From positions 31,992,001-32,056,000 of the forward strand of contig OX442314.1 of assembly GCA_949358305.1 (NCBI GenBank): a DNA stretch of 64,000 nucleotides, read 5' to 3'. Under the pieces are notes generated by a model. The model was given only the letters and a program-made list of their open reading frames with translations. It had not been told where the DNA came from and did not search any database. Made by a program: the position numbers and the translations under genes. This document shows, in pieces, positions 24,828 to 38,164 of this stretch. How positions within the stretch are numbered: the first letter of the stretch is position 1; every line of letters begins with the position of its first letter. This stretch comes from Strigamia acuminata (lineage: Eukaryota).

Positions 24828-27152
24828 CTAGTGGAAAGTAGGGTTTCTCTACCGGTATTTACCGGTATTAAAAACCGGTAATTTTTTCGGAAATACCGAA
24901 TACCGAATACCGTTTTTATTTCGGTATTGGTACCGGTTTTTATTGTTAGATGTCACTGCGATAGTGACATTTGAAACAAACATTAAATGTGTTGATTTTG
25001 GTGTGAACTTTGCCCACATCAAAGTTAAAAATAAATCAGGCAGTAGTGACTCGTGCATCGTGCCATTGTGTGATCTGTCATCTCAAGTATGTTTAAAAAA
25101 TAAATACACTTTCATTCCAAGGTATGGTTAATGAGAAATTTTGTAAATTTATACTCATTTACAGGGTTTTAACTTTTAGAAAAGTGTAACCATGTCATCA
25201 GTGTGGAAATATTTTGATAAAGTGGAGAAGAAATGCAAAACATGTGGCAAAACAATAAAAACAGCTGGTGGATCAACGAGTGGGATGATTGCACATCTAC
25301 GGATTCACGGTCATGACATCAATGCCCAAAGAAAAAATGAAGGAATGACGAATGCTACATCTACACCTAAAAAACCGAATTCACCTGTGTTAAACTTAAC
25401 ACTTAACACTTAAAAATATTCAACATTGTATATAGCATTGTTATAGCTATGATTATTATTTTTTACCGAAAAATACCGGTTTTACCGGTTTTTTGAATAT
25501 TCATTACCGAAATACCGGTTATTCGAAAAGTACCATTTTTGAGAAACCCTAGTGGAAAGCATAAGTTTGGAAACATCAATAATTCCAAAAAATATTTTTC
25601 TTTTACCTTTGTTGTGTGGAAATAAATGATTGACAAATATGACGAGTTACTACACATTGTTGCCCTTTTATTCAGCTTCAAAACAAAGTGTTTGAACTTA
25701 AAAAAAAATAAAAAATGACAGAGAAATGATGATTTTTCTTCATCTGTTCCGAAGCAAAAGTATGGAAATATGTGTTCCCTGTTGCAAAAGTTTAGAAACT
25801 TGAAGTAAAAAAATTAAAACCACCATTATAAATGACTTTTACCTCAGTATTTGGTAGGATGGCGCTTTCTTCTGATCACTGCTGCAATCCTTCTCGCCAT
25901 TGATGATGTCAGTTTTTGTCATCCTCTGGGATGATTGATTCCCACACTTGTGTTATTGCAGCTTTCATTTCTGGGTTTGTGAGCTCTTAATCGTTTCTTC
26001 ATCAGCAGCTAAATATTTTACATCGGATTCATATCTGGTGAGTTACCTGACCAAGGTAAAAGTGATTTTTTTTGTTTAAAACCATTTCATTATGGTCTTG
26101 GCCATATGGAAGGGCGCTCCATCTTGCATGAAGGTTACTTGTTGGCCCAAATAAAACTCTCTTTGATGGCAATAGACTTTCCTTGAGAATCTGTTGATAT
26201 TTCCCAGCATTCACTGTTCCTTCTATGAATGTTAACTGTCCTGGGCTTTTGGAGGATATGCAAACCCAGATCATTAGGCTGAGGGGGTACTTCACAGCGG
26301 TGTTCAGACATTTTGGATTATTTTCTTTGTCTTTTCATCGTTAAACATGGACTCCCTGATCTCCAAATGACAAGTAGAACTTGGAATTATCTAATAAAAT
26401 AACCGAATTCCACATTTCCGTGGTTCGTGCATGCCACTTACGAATTTGTTTGTTGTTCGTGTATGATTTGCATCCTGGAACTTCAGATCTGTAGCCCACA
26501 CTTTTAAGTTTCCATAGAACAATGTCTTTTGGGACTGTTATACCTGGTTCAAGTTGCCATTTAATGTGTTATTGTTATTGATTCCTGACAAGTGTTTTGA
26601 GGATCTGAATCTTGCATTCTGTAGATTTTAGGGGTCTTCCAGAACGTTTTCTAGCCGATTTGACCTTTCCCCCATCTTCTTTTACACATTTACAAGCATT
26701 TGTTGATGCATGATGGGGACATCTTCAAAAAGTTAGCAATTTCAGTCATGAGTTTTCTTCTTAGCTCGCATGTTCACTAAAATTGGTTTTTCATCTGCAC
26801 TTAACACCATGTTTGATCTTAAGTGATTTTATGTTACAATCACGTGATTAGTTATCTGATTTGACTGTGTAAATGCTTCTACATCATGTGTAATCGTCAA
26901 GTTTCTAAACTTTTGCAACAGGGAACACATATTTCCATATTTTTGCTTCGGAACAGATGAAGAAAAATCATCATTTCTCTGTCATTTTTTAATTTTTTTT
27001 AAGTTCAAACACTTTGTTTTGAAGCTGAATAAAAGGGCAACAATGTGTAGTAACTCGTCATATTTGTCAATCATTTATTTCCACAGAACAAAGGTGAAAG
27101 AAAAAATATTTTTTGGAATTATTGATGTTTCCAAACTTATGCTTTCCACTAG
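24828..27152 (-). mobile_element. Degenerate Tc1-like transposon with long TIRs; left TIR interrupted by a hAT element
   Basis: TA|CTAGTGGAAAG...CTTTCCACTAG|TA; transposase remnant (MIWVCISSK...VNAGKYQQIL); near-identical to 52168-53789. Confidence 0.88.
24839..25551 (+). mobile_element. Non-autonomous hAT element retaining a BED zinc-finger fragment (25192-25413)
   Basis: TAGGGTTTCTC...GAGAAACCCTA TIRs; 8-bp TSD GTGGAAAG; ACCGG sub-terminal repeats; SSVWKYF...CKTC...STSGMIAHLRIH BED motif. Confidence 0.88.
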
Positions 27153-27435
27153 TAAGATGACAGACTATAACTTGATGCTAAATTCAAAATTAAAACATTC
27201 ACTGCCCGCCACCATCACTCTTAATGCTGCGCAATCACAATACGCCCGTTCGGGCATCAACCCAAATTTATTTATTACTCTCACACAACTTGCAGCGCTT
27301 GCTTAAGTAAAAGAAGCAGTGTTTCAATGTAGCCATAGATTGATTTGTATTTCAACCAACGAACATATTTGTAGCATTATTTCCCATTTTTTAATGTAGC
27401 AATTAATAATAAACGTTTAAACAATGTAATACCGG

Positions 27436-27524
27436 TAATTGGTCATTAATTCAACGATTAATGCTCTCGATCTCTTCATCCTCAGTGACGCAGGGGTTTT
27501 GACGCGTGTTTAAATTTTCAAACT
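27436..27524 (-). pseudogene. Isolated fragment of DEG/ENaC exon 5
   Basis: Matches the NPCVTEDEEIE exon of the five copies. Confidence 0.75.
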
Positions 27525-28240
27525 TTTTTTTAGCGACTTTTTTTTTGTGTCACCATAAAAATATGAATTTTTGCTGCTAAAAGTTTATTTCGGTATTGAT
27601 TTTGATTTCCTTTAATTTTTGTATTAAAAAATAAGTAAATATTATGATTTTTATCTTTGTTTATTCCAACAGCATCCCAATTTGCTAAAACATGGTGTCC
27701 ACGAAAATGTTTCTGTCAGGATAATTGTTACATTCAATAATGGGAAATAAAATAATGCTACAAGTATGTTCGCTTCCCTGCATTTCCTAATGCAGTTTTG
27801 TACCTGTTTTTTTTTTATGACGCTGTTTCCACAGTGCCCTCTTGTATTTGCACCTATGAATAAATTAGTTGTTGCCTGTACCATATACGTACGAGTAAGT
27901 TCGTTTTTATTTCTGTTCCAGAAAATTTACACTGTGGTTGAAATACACATCAATTTATGGCTACACTGAAACACTGCTTCTTTCATCAAAGCAAGTGCTG
28001 CGAGTTGTGTGAGAGTAATAATTAAATTTGGGTTGATGCCCGAATGAGGGTATTGCGATTGTGCAGCATTAAGAGTGATGGTGGCGGGCAGTGACTGTTT
28101 GAACTTTGAATTAAGCATCAAGTTATAGTCTGTCTTCTTATGTGGTTCTTAATGATTAGAATAATAATTAATGAGAAATTCATCCGAAAAACTAACGAGG
28201 ATACGGGCTTATAAGCGATAATAGAGTGAAATACGATCGG

Positions 28241-29730
28241 TTATTTTTTCCCAGGGAGAACTTGGGGCAAATAATTCAAGCAGGAAAGGAGGGAAAACCC
28301 GAGGAAAAGTCCTATGCTGCCACCCACATCAGACACCAAGCTGGACAGGGGATAAGCGAAATATTCGCTAACGATTTGCTTCGTATTCATCGAGTAAGTG
28401 ATTGCAATGGTGGTGTCAGATTGTGGATTTCTGCCATAATCTGTCGTTAAGGGGAATCTGGTGACGGAACATGGGCGTCTACAGTTGCTGTTATGTTGCG
28501 AATACAAAAGCTGCAAAATTTTCTCTTTCAATTTATTCGCTTGGAAAATCGAGTTGCAAAGCGGATTTGTCGAGTTCATAAACGGCCATCTAAGGTGGAT
28601 ATGGAATTATTATTGAATATTTATTGATTAAGCATAAGTATTTATCTGACCTGCATTTGATGTCAGAAGTGTGTAATTGGTCATTTATCCATCGATTAAT
28701 GCACTCGATCTCTTCATTTTCAGTGACGCAGGGGTTTTGACTCGTGTTTAAATATTCAAACTACAACAGTTGTCAATATTTAAATACCGAGATCAATGTG
28801 ATTATTGCCTGTGTTTGTTTGTTTACTTTTGTTTCTGACAGTTCCAGAATATTGTATGTTGATTCACGAATGTCTGATTTGCCAATAAACAAGAGTTTGG
28901 TTGAAGTTGCTTCGTAAACATCAGCCTAAAATAGACGAATTAGAATATTGTAATATTGTAATATTGGATTCATCTTACAAGAAATCCATTAGAATCCGAA
29001 GTAAGCGGCATATTCAACCAAAACACCCAGGTTTTTCCAACAAAATACCATTCCAGATCTAAAAAAATCAAATATTGTTTTAGAATGTTTGTATGAATTA
29101 AACGGAATAGTTATTACTGACCAAATTGGAAAATTCTGCATGGACCCGCAATCGTGTTGGCTTCCCTCTCTTGTAGCCAGTCTTCGGTTTCACATTTGGT
29201 GGAATTGACTGCATGATGACACTGGAATACCCGGTTGGCTTTATAAGGTCAAATTGTTATTTAATGTTTGAACTTACTCTGACTAATTTGACGATCTTCT
29301 CTTTTATTGAGTATTCCCATAGTGTGACCTTGATCTTGTCGAAAGGGAAATGTTCCTGGTCGACCTTACTCAGTGCGCTGCAACCTGCGTCTCTTGCACA
29401 GAGTGGATCGAATTTTTTGGAAAAGTCGTACATCAAATCGCGTGTGTATGGGCAAAGTATGAGGCTAGGTGTTGTGTACTGGCTGAAGCTTTCAATTTTT
29501 ACATTGGTGCCTACTGGCTTTGAAAAGTACTTGTTGATGCAAATTGACAACTGCCAAGTGCACAGTGCAGTGCTCAGCAGCAGCGAAGCAATTCCCAATA
29601 CTTTGGCCGTCTTATTTGCCTGCGGTTGTCGTTGTCGTGTTGGTGTTGGTCGGATGCGAATATGGTGTACCGGTATGCGAGTATTCGGATAAACAATTCG
29701 ACGTCCTATCCTTCTTCTATGGATATTCAT
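28241..29730 (-). CDS. DEG/ENaC channel, copy 5 (possible leader exon 29817-29907)
   Basis: Collinear exons with small in-frame deletions (KVTLWE versus KVTLLDLWE; 2 aa in the last exon); TM2 VSDVGGSIGLFLGFS. Confidence 0.87.
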
Positions 29731-30605
29731 TGCACCTGAAATGATACCCACAACAGCATTAAAACAATATTTAAGGCGTATTAATGAGTATTAACGTTAA
29801 CGCTCGCCGACCTGACCTTTCTTCATCCGTGTCTTGTTTGTTACTGCTCGTTTCCATGTGATTGAATTCAAATGCTGCGGTTTTATTTCGTGTGTGTGTG
29901 TTTGCATTTGAAATATTGATCGAAAAAAGTCTTTTTCTTTTCATTTGAGTTTGTGAATGTTTTTTTTTTATTGCTAACCCAGTTCGAGCCTTCTCGAAGC
30001 AAATTGCGATGAGTAAGTTACGAGCGATTGTCTGGTCCTGGTTCAGCAATTTTAGCACACAAACACGGGAGATATTTTTGGGAATCTTGTTTTATATTGG
30101 CAGATACTACAACTGGTAGCTCCGAGTTTATCTGTAATTTAATGCGGAAAATGCTGATTGAACTGCGCTTGCGTTTCTTTTTTAATTATTCATTGTTGTT
30201 ATTTACTAATTCTGTATCTAGGAGATACCATTCAAAAGGTTGTTTTGTGTATGATAGTGTCAAGCTAAAGTTACCGAGGAGATAATGATCATTGAGTTAC
30301 ACGTGTATGACCTAGGTCATACACGTGTACACGTGAATACAAGAGCGATATGGTCGTTATCCACCGTTGCCACCACCTACACAAGAAAATCACTAACAAT
30401 AAAGAGAATTAAATGACAATTCTCTGTTTTAATAACACAAAAGTGATACATCCAATCCAAGAAGTAGAAGTTTAATAAAAACTTACATTTTTTTTCAAAT
30501 AAACCATGCCAAGTACAACCTTTTGAACTAAACATGTCAACACCACATTTGGCACCTTGCAACACGATGGAAGACATTACTCGTGCCCATTGCCAATGTT
30601 TTAAC

Positions 30606-32571
30606 AATGGCAGAGTTTACAATTGACGTCATGATGACGTCACACCCGTTCGAAAACGAGGCTAAGGGGTATAAACAAACCCAAATAGCATAGAATTCTC
30701 AGTACAATTTACGTAAAACCTTATTATTTCGTTGGCAAATTTTATTTTAAAGATGCATTTCACATTTTCAAACATTTTGTGTGATTATTCACATGTTTTT
30801 ACTTGTTTTAAATCATTTTCTACATTTTTTCACTGATTTAAAATGTTTTTTGGTTTGGCCATTTTCGTCTTCAAATCAGGGGATGGACTAATTGTCAGCT
30901 GTCAATTGTCAGCCGACGATTTTTCGCCGTCTCGCTTGCGATTGTCGCGGCCGTCAGCTGGCGATTGTCGCGGCCGTCAGCTGTAGATTGTCGCGGCCTT
31001 CGCCCGACGATTTGTTGGCTATCGCCGTCGACTGTCGCGGCCATCAGCTTTTGCGTCCGACCGTCAGCTGGCGATTGTTGACCGACAGCTGACAATTTTT
31101 GGCCGTCACTGTCGACTGTCGCGGCCTTCGCCCGACGATTTGTTGGCTATCGCCGTCGACTGTCGCGGCCATCGCCATCGACTGTCGCGGCCATCAGCTG
31201 TTGCGTCGACCGTCAGCTGGCGATTGTTGACCGACAGCTGACAATTTTTGGCCGTCACTGTCGACTGTCGCGGCCGTCTGCTGACGATTTTTGGCCATCG
31301 CCGTCGACTGTCGCGGCCATCAGCTGTTGCGTTCGACCATCAGCTGGCGTTTGTTGGCCGAGTATCTGACAATTTTTGGCCATCGCCGTCGACTGTCGCG
31401 GCCATCAGCTGTTCCGTTCGACCGTCTGCTGACAATTTTTGGCCGTCGCTGTCGACTGTCGCGGCCGTCAGCTGTTGGCGAGTGTTGACGGTCGACAGTC
31501 GACAGCTGACGGCCGCGACAGTCAACAGCTGACGGTCGGACGCAACAGCTGATGGCCGCGACAGTCGATGGCGATGGCCGCGACAGTCGACGGCGATAGC
31601 CAACAAATGGTCGGGCGAAGGCCGCGACAGTCTACAGTGACGGCCAAAAATTGTCAGCTGTCGGTCAACAATCGCCAGCTGACGGTCGGACGCAAAAGCT
31701 GATGGCCGCGACAGTCGATGGCGATGGCCGCGACAGTCGATGGCGATGGCCGCGACAGTCGATGGCGATGGCCGCGACAGTCGATGGCGATGGCCGCGAC
31801 AGTCGACGGCGATAGCCAACAAATCGTCGGGCGAAGGCCGCGACAGTCGACAGTGACGGCCAAAAATTGTCAGCTGTCGGTCAACAATCGCCAGCTGACG
31901 GTCGGACGCAAAAGCTGATGGCCGCGACAGTCGATGGCGATGGCCGCGACAGTCGATGGCGATGGCCGCGACAGTCGATGGCGATGGCCGCGACAGTCGA
32001 TGGCGATGGCCGCGACAGTCGACGGCGATAGCCAACAAATCGTCGGGCGAAGGCCGCGACAGTCGACAGTGACGGCCAAAAATTGTCAGCTGTCGGTCAA
32101 CAATCGCCAGCTGACGGTCGGACGCAAAAGCTGATGGCCGCGACAGTCGACGGCGATAGCCAACAAATCGTCGGGCGAAGGCCGCGACAATCTACAGCTG
32201 ACGGCCGCGACAATCGCCAGCTGACGGCCGCGACAATCGCAAGCGAGACGGCGAAAAATCGTCGGCTGACAATTGACAGCTGACAATTAGTCCATCCCCT
32301 GATTTGAAGACGAAAATGGCCAAACCAAAAAACATTTTAAATCGGTGAAAAAATGTAGAAAATGATTTAAAACAAGTAAAAACATGTGAATAATCACACA
32401 AAATGTTTGAAAATGTGAAATGCATCTTTAAAATAAAATTTGCCAACGAAATAATAAGGTTTTACGTAAATTGTACTGAGAATTCTATGCTATTTGGGTT
32501 TGTGTATACCCCTTAGCCTCGTTTTCGAACTGGTGTGACGTCATCATGACGTAATTGTAAACTCTGCCATT
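30606..32571. mobile_element. About 2-kb palindromic foldback element with a GC-rich internal minisatellite
   Basis: AATGGCAGAGTTTACAATT...AATTGTAAACTCTGCCATT. Arms are near-identical for over 500 bp. Core has GTCGATGGCGATGGCCGCGACA-type units and 216-bp higher-order duplicates. Confidence 0.85.
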
Positions 32572-32869
32572 ATAATTCCAATGACTAAGATAAGTTGGAT
32601 AGTACTAATTTGATGGTGCTCTACAACTTTGTAATTGGAAATTTTGCTCTATCTCGACCAGTTAACGAGTTAGCGAATGAAAAGTGCATTGTTGCATGTC
32701 TGGCATAAAATTTGATTACACCATTGGATTCGTCATCCCTACTTTTCTATAGGCTAGTCTGCTTGGTTTTTTAAAAAAGCATATACTTATTCTCGAAATT
32801 GACTGTGGCGTCTTAAACGAAACACCCTGTATATTATTTGGTGTCTTAAACGAAACACCCTGCATATTA

Positions 32870-33424
32870 CAACTCCTTGCCAAAAAAATATCATATTCCT
32901 ATTTTTGGAACTTTTAATTTTTGAAATTTCTCAGAAACTATTTCTCATAAGTAAAAATGGTTTTAGGAGGATTTAAAGGATTGTTAGAGCTATCATTTCG
33001 TCAAACGTTTTTTGAAAAAAAATGAATAGTTGAACAGAAAAAAATTAACAACTCCAAAAAGTGACTATTTACAATATTTCTCATAACTTGTGAACAGAAT
33101 GAGATGAAATTAAAAACTAAACAGATTTGAGACCGTCTATATCCCAGAAAACTTTTTTAAATTGGATGTATGGGTCTCCAAAGCCCTCAAAAAAACAACT
33201 ATTTTTCGAAAAATCGTGGCGAGCATAACTGTTGACGAATCGAAACGAAACTTTAGCATTGAAGCATTATTGTGTCGTACTATAACATGTTATAGTTATG
33301 ACTTGATTCGTCAACAGTTGTGGTCCTCCTAAAACCATTTTTACTTATGAGAAATAGTTTCTGAGAAATTTCAAATATTAAAAGTTCCAAAAATAGTAAT
33401 GACATTTTTTTTGGCAAGGAGTTG
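32870..33424. mobile_element. TA-flanked MITE with TIRs of about 100 bp
   Basis: TA|CAACTCCTTGCC...GGCAAGGAGTTG|TA. Confidence 0.8.
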
Positions 33425-33588
33425 TATGTGGCGCCATTTGTGGCAAAACACTCTGAACTTGGATACATGTTCATGTCCATGTTATCCTCGGTTCATGATT
33501 ACACATATTTCAAGTCATTTCTAAATATCGAGTAACTGATTTTCTCCGCTTCGCGTGGTTGTGAACAACAATTCGCAGCATTGTTGCT

Positions 33589-36500
33589 TTATTCAGAGTT
33601 TAGCTTAGTGCAGCTAAGACACGAGTCTGTTTCAGCCTTTAAGCTGCTGTTTACTGCAATTCCAGGTGGATTTGGATTTGTGAGCAATCCGCCCGATTGA
33701 AACTTAGTGGAAGAAAGAAATTCCACAAGAAATATAATTCCGGAGCAGAGAACTCCTCCAATTAAAATCAGAAATGCTGTGAATGTGTGATAAAAAGAGA
33801 TGGGTTTGTAGCCATAATTCCTTGTCTGGCAAAATGTTGCTGTTCTGTATTTATCCGTAAGTTTCTTCACGATTCCTTTTTCTTTCAAGCTCATAATGCT
33901 GAAATGTACATTGCAGGTTGAATTTTAAAATCTTTACAAATCCACTCCAGCCAGTGTACTCACTTCTGATTAAATAATTCCACATATTTTGATTTCTTAT
34001 TAAACACGTAATACCCTGAAACAGGGATCTGAATTTTTATAAAACTAAATGTGCAGTTTTGTCCGTACATCTTTTTCAGGCCATTGTAATAATGGATGAT
34101 GGCATTGTTATTCATCCTAAGTAGTTTTGGAGCTTCTGCGAGGGAAATGTTTCCTTCTCCGGTACTTTTTTCCATACGATGCCAAATTTCCCGTGTAAAA
34201 TTTGTTCCTGCATTCTACCATAAAAAAAATACCATAATTTGCTAAAAAGCGCTGTTGCAATACTTTAATTTTTTTTTAAATTACCTTAATGAGCTTGTAA
34301 GGGAACAACATTCCAACAGCATACAAGCTGACTTTGTCTTCCAACAGCACGTCTTGAATACTGTTATACGGCAGTCGTGATATTGTAACAGCGAGTGACG
34401 AATATAGTACCGCACTGTAGCTTGAAATGATTAGCAGACGAAACAAGTTTTCCGTTCCAGTAATTGTATAAACTACAATACATGGTAAACATGACTTGTA
34501 AATTGGTTAGTGATCTTATTGAGATGTATTCACCTGAAGATGAGGTCGTGTTTTTCTTGTATTTGGTGACTGAAGCAAGAGATAGCGCAATTAAGAAAGA
34601 AGTAGCTAAAATACACAACCAAAAATCCATGGAAAATGGGTTGAAATATGTCATCCATAAGTATTCGTTGATCATGCTGTCTTGTCGCATAACTAATGCA
34701 AATGTGTCTGTATCGCTAGGAAGATTTACGATGTCAAAATTCAGCACACGTTCTGCACTGACTGGGAGCGAATCTTTGAAGACGTCATATTGCTTTAGAA
34801 AAGAACAGACAAGATGAATGAAAAATGTAAAGTTTGAAATTTCCTTGTAGTTAAAGTAAACTCAATTAGTTAAGATTTCGCAAGAAAATAAAATTTCAAA
34901 CAAGAATTGATTCTTTATTTTATGTTTCAATCAGTCAGTTGATTATTTTTTCATTCAAAACTCTGACAAAATGAAATGTGCTGAGTGTGTTCGGACAGAC
35001 GCCACGTGGTCTCGGGAGAGCCACATTTCCCAGTGCGACGGCTGCATCAGCCATCCCTAATCAAACCGCGTGTCACAGCGGCCATTGGGTCACAAGACAC
35101 GCGGGGCCCACCACTTCTGGAAGGGTTTCTTCCGGGGCCCGATTGGTTAATCAAGAGCCCGCAGCTCCGTCTGGTTGCGAGAGACCGCAACAGGCGTGCG
35201 AGTAAGTGATAAGCGTGCAGGGGCAGCTGGTCACAATGTGAGAAAAATTTGAGAGATTTAAATTATTTGGAACCGACTGTACTGTACTTGTAACTGTCGT
35301 GTAAGTTCTTATCCTTGCACAAACTGACAAAATCCCAACTTGCTAATCTATACACTTACTTTCTTTTTCAATTTTGCCAATATATTATTGTCATACTTAA
35401 TGGTGACGTAAGCCATTGAGCTAGAAATAGGAAAGTATATGTCAAGCTTGTAAAAGTAGTTTACCAAATAACACAAACTTTACCAAACGTTACTCATTTT
35501 CTCCAAAATGTGATCAAAAATTTCGTTAGATAATAATTTGTTTTCCAATTTTTCTTTTGTTTCAGTCTATAAAAAAAAATTATTAACATTTTCACTAAGT
35601 TATTTTCTTTGTGGTCATTTCTTTCTATTCAAGCCAGTATGGAATATGTATGTGACACCCCAAAGAACCACCTCTCTCCCATGACACGTGAATAAAGAAT
35701 GACTAAAGGAGACTGCATTCAATGTTTAGGCTAACTTGTGACTGGTATGGTCTTCGCCACTGCAATCAGGGGACTGAAGACACTGGTTTGGGACGCATAC
35801 TCACGTAAATAACGAGAACTCCCCTAATATTGGTTGGTTGGCCTTTATCAATGTTGTCTAGAGGTATGGGAAATCCCGTTACCCGTTGCGGGGGTGCCAC
35901 AAAGGCACGCCGCGCCGGCAACTGACCCGTCACACACTGGGCGAGAGCCCAATGGGTGACGTGGTCGGTTCGACTAAACATTCCTGTCGTTCTCACCTAC
36001 GACCCGCGTATTCGCTCATGGAGGCTGCGCTATGGAATCCGCCATAGCACTGAGTATCAACGTGGTGAATGGTGAGGAGTACAGAGTCCAACCCGGGACA
36101 CGTCTTGTCCCTCAGCTAAATACCTTCTCCTCCTCGGGAGCAACTCAGCACACGTCTTTCTCAGTCCGTGTCCAGTACTATTCTCTCTCTCCACTCCTTT
36201 CCTCACCACACCACTCCACTCCCTCCTCCCCCAGGCTGGGTCAATCACCCACAGAGGGGATGACCTATGGGGCCATATGGCGGTGTGTGGCAGTGCCGCA
36301 GGTCACCCAGGTGGCCAAGCGGTCACAAACTTAAGTCAAATAAAAGAAATCACAAAAAATACTAGAATAGGAACAAGAAAGTTCTATTATGTCTTATACT
36401 TTGTCTGAGGCTAGCCTAGCTCAAGTAACAAGGCCAAAATATGTCATTTGGTCTGAGAATGGTTTGTATTTACATTTTCAATTGTAATAGAATGCTGTAC

Positions 36501-38164
36501 TGTACCTGACTTACAGTGAAATTTTGTTTTACCAAAAACAATGTAGCTTGCGAAATTATTTCAAATTGACATTTTTGTTGCTCTGCACAAATTATCCCTA
36601 AGTTGGTTATTTCAAAAATGTTCCCATCAATTTGATATTTCAATACCTGCAAGCTAAAAGTCTACAATTTAAGATATAAAAAAAAATATATTTTAGTTTG
36701 TTTTTTGTTTGTGTTTAATTTTATACTTTGCATTTGAAAGATCAAATACCGGTACACTGAATGTTAATCTTGTTAGACAAAAATTGCACTAATCTTTAAA
36801 AAACTGTGCATCTAAATCACAATAGGTGCATTCAATTCCAATAAATTCTATTATTTTGAACCCTGTGACTGTGATAAGTTTGAATTACATTAAAGTGTCG
36901 ATTATCGGAACGTCGATCATATAAACGAAAGGATATCCTAACAACGCTTTTTCGATTTTATATCGAATTTTAATCGAGTTATATGAATTTTTAATCAATT
37001 TTTATCGATTTTTTATAGATTTTTAATACATTTCCAATACATTTTTAACGATTTTTAATCGATTTTTTAAATTTGATGTACAGTACCGATGTACAAAAAC
37101 CTAATGTCCGATTATGGAAACAAATCGGCTTCATAATCACCCATGTCCCCCGACTAGTTTGGATAATGTACTAATTTATTACCAATCTGGATACACCGTG
37201 TACTTTAAGAAATGTTGAAGTTATTGAATGGTGTTAATTCATAACAAGATGAACATTCTGATGTGCACACTGTAACTATTGATTCGTACAGTGCTATGTT
37301 CAGAATATGTTAATAAGTAAACTATATTCTGTCTCCATATGATTAGATCCTGTAATAAGAGCAAATCTTGATCATGCTTTGCATTTGGAGTTCCTCGTGT
37401 TTCCTTGATGACAAATATCAATACTTTGTGTTCAATTGATAAGAAAGTATAATAGGCAAGCTGAAATCAAGATAAATTTTTCAATACGTGTAACCGATGT
37501 ATGTAATATTAGAACTAAGAAAAATAAACTATCATTATAGATAAACAAATCTTAGGTCGACAAGTATCACTTTTGATAAGTCGATACCTAATCTTAAGCT
37601 AAGGGTTATTCTGTCGCCCTAACTTGTCGACCAAATGCTTCTTCCTCAATTAAAAGGATGATTAGATCTTTACTTGCTCAAAACTTTCTATCCAAATCAG
37701 AATCAGTTGAAAAGGAGTATAGTTAAAATCTAACGATGCATTATTAAACCGTCGAGCCGCCGTGTGAATTTTTCCAATCCAATTGAAATGCATCAATTTC
37801 AACAAACAGTTTGACACTAGAATAGAAACACAAAATAAATAGGAATCTAAAACAAAATTAAAATTTGGGATTTAGCAACCATATTCATCTTGATAATAAA
37901 TGATGTGTAAACTTCTTGCATTGGTGATTTGTACAATATTAGACAATTGAAAAATGAGTTCACTATTAGATAAAGAAGTGTTCTCCCCTGCTAAAACAAA
38001 AGGTAATGAACTCTTTCATGCTCTTAGTTGCCATAATTACTGAATTATTCAAAATTTATACTGTACATACGTCTCAAACGATTACTTTTTGAAATGTCGA
38101 TACATCCAGAGAACAAGCAAAAGAAAAATATTCTTAAAATGTTCATCTTACAAGTTGTCCCCAT
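33589..38164 (-). CDS. Divergent ionotropic receptor IR-A, 11 exons
   Basis: Signal-peptide-like start MGTTCKMNILRIFFFCLFSGC; S1 end VSAERVLNFD; M1 NPFSMDFWLCIL; M3 LLIISSYSAVLYSSL; S2 LKEKGIVKKL..KY; M4 TAFLILIGGVLCSGIIFLVE. Exon phases are consistent. Confidence 0.85.
34977..35236 (-). mobile_element. LTR-like fragment in an IR-A intron, related to 50515-51120
   Basis: Minus strand starts TGTGACCAGCTGCCCCTGCA, also seen at 50515, with further shared blocks (GATTAGGGATGGCT). Confidence 0.55.
35737..36327. mobile_element. Solo LTR in an IR-A intron
   Basis: TGTGAC...GTCACA termini with 4-bp TSD AACT. Confidence 0.8.

Noticed and set aside
30892..32446. Many ORFs in the palindrome
   Set aside because: Produced by the GC-rich minisatellite on both strands.
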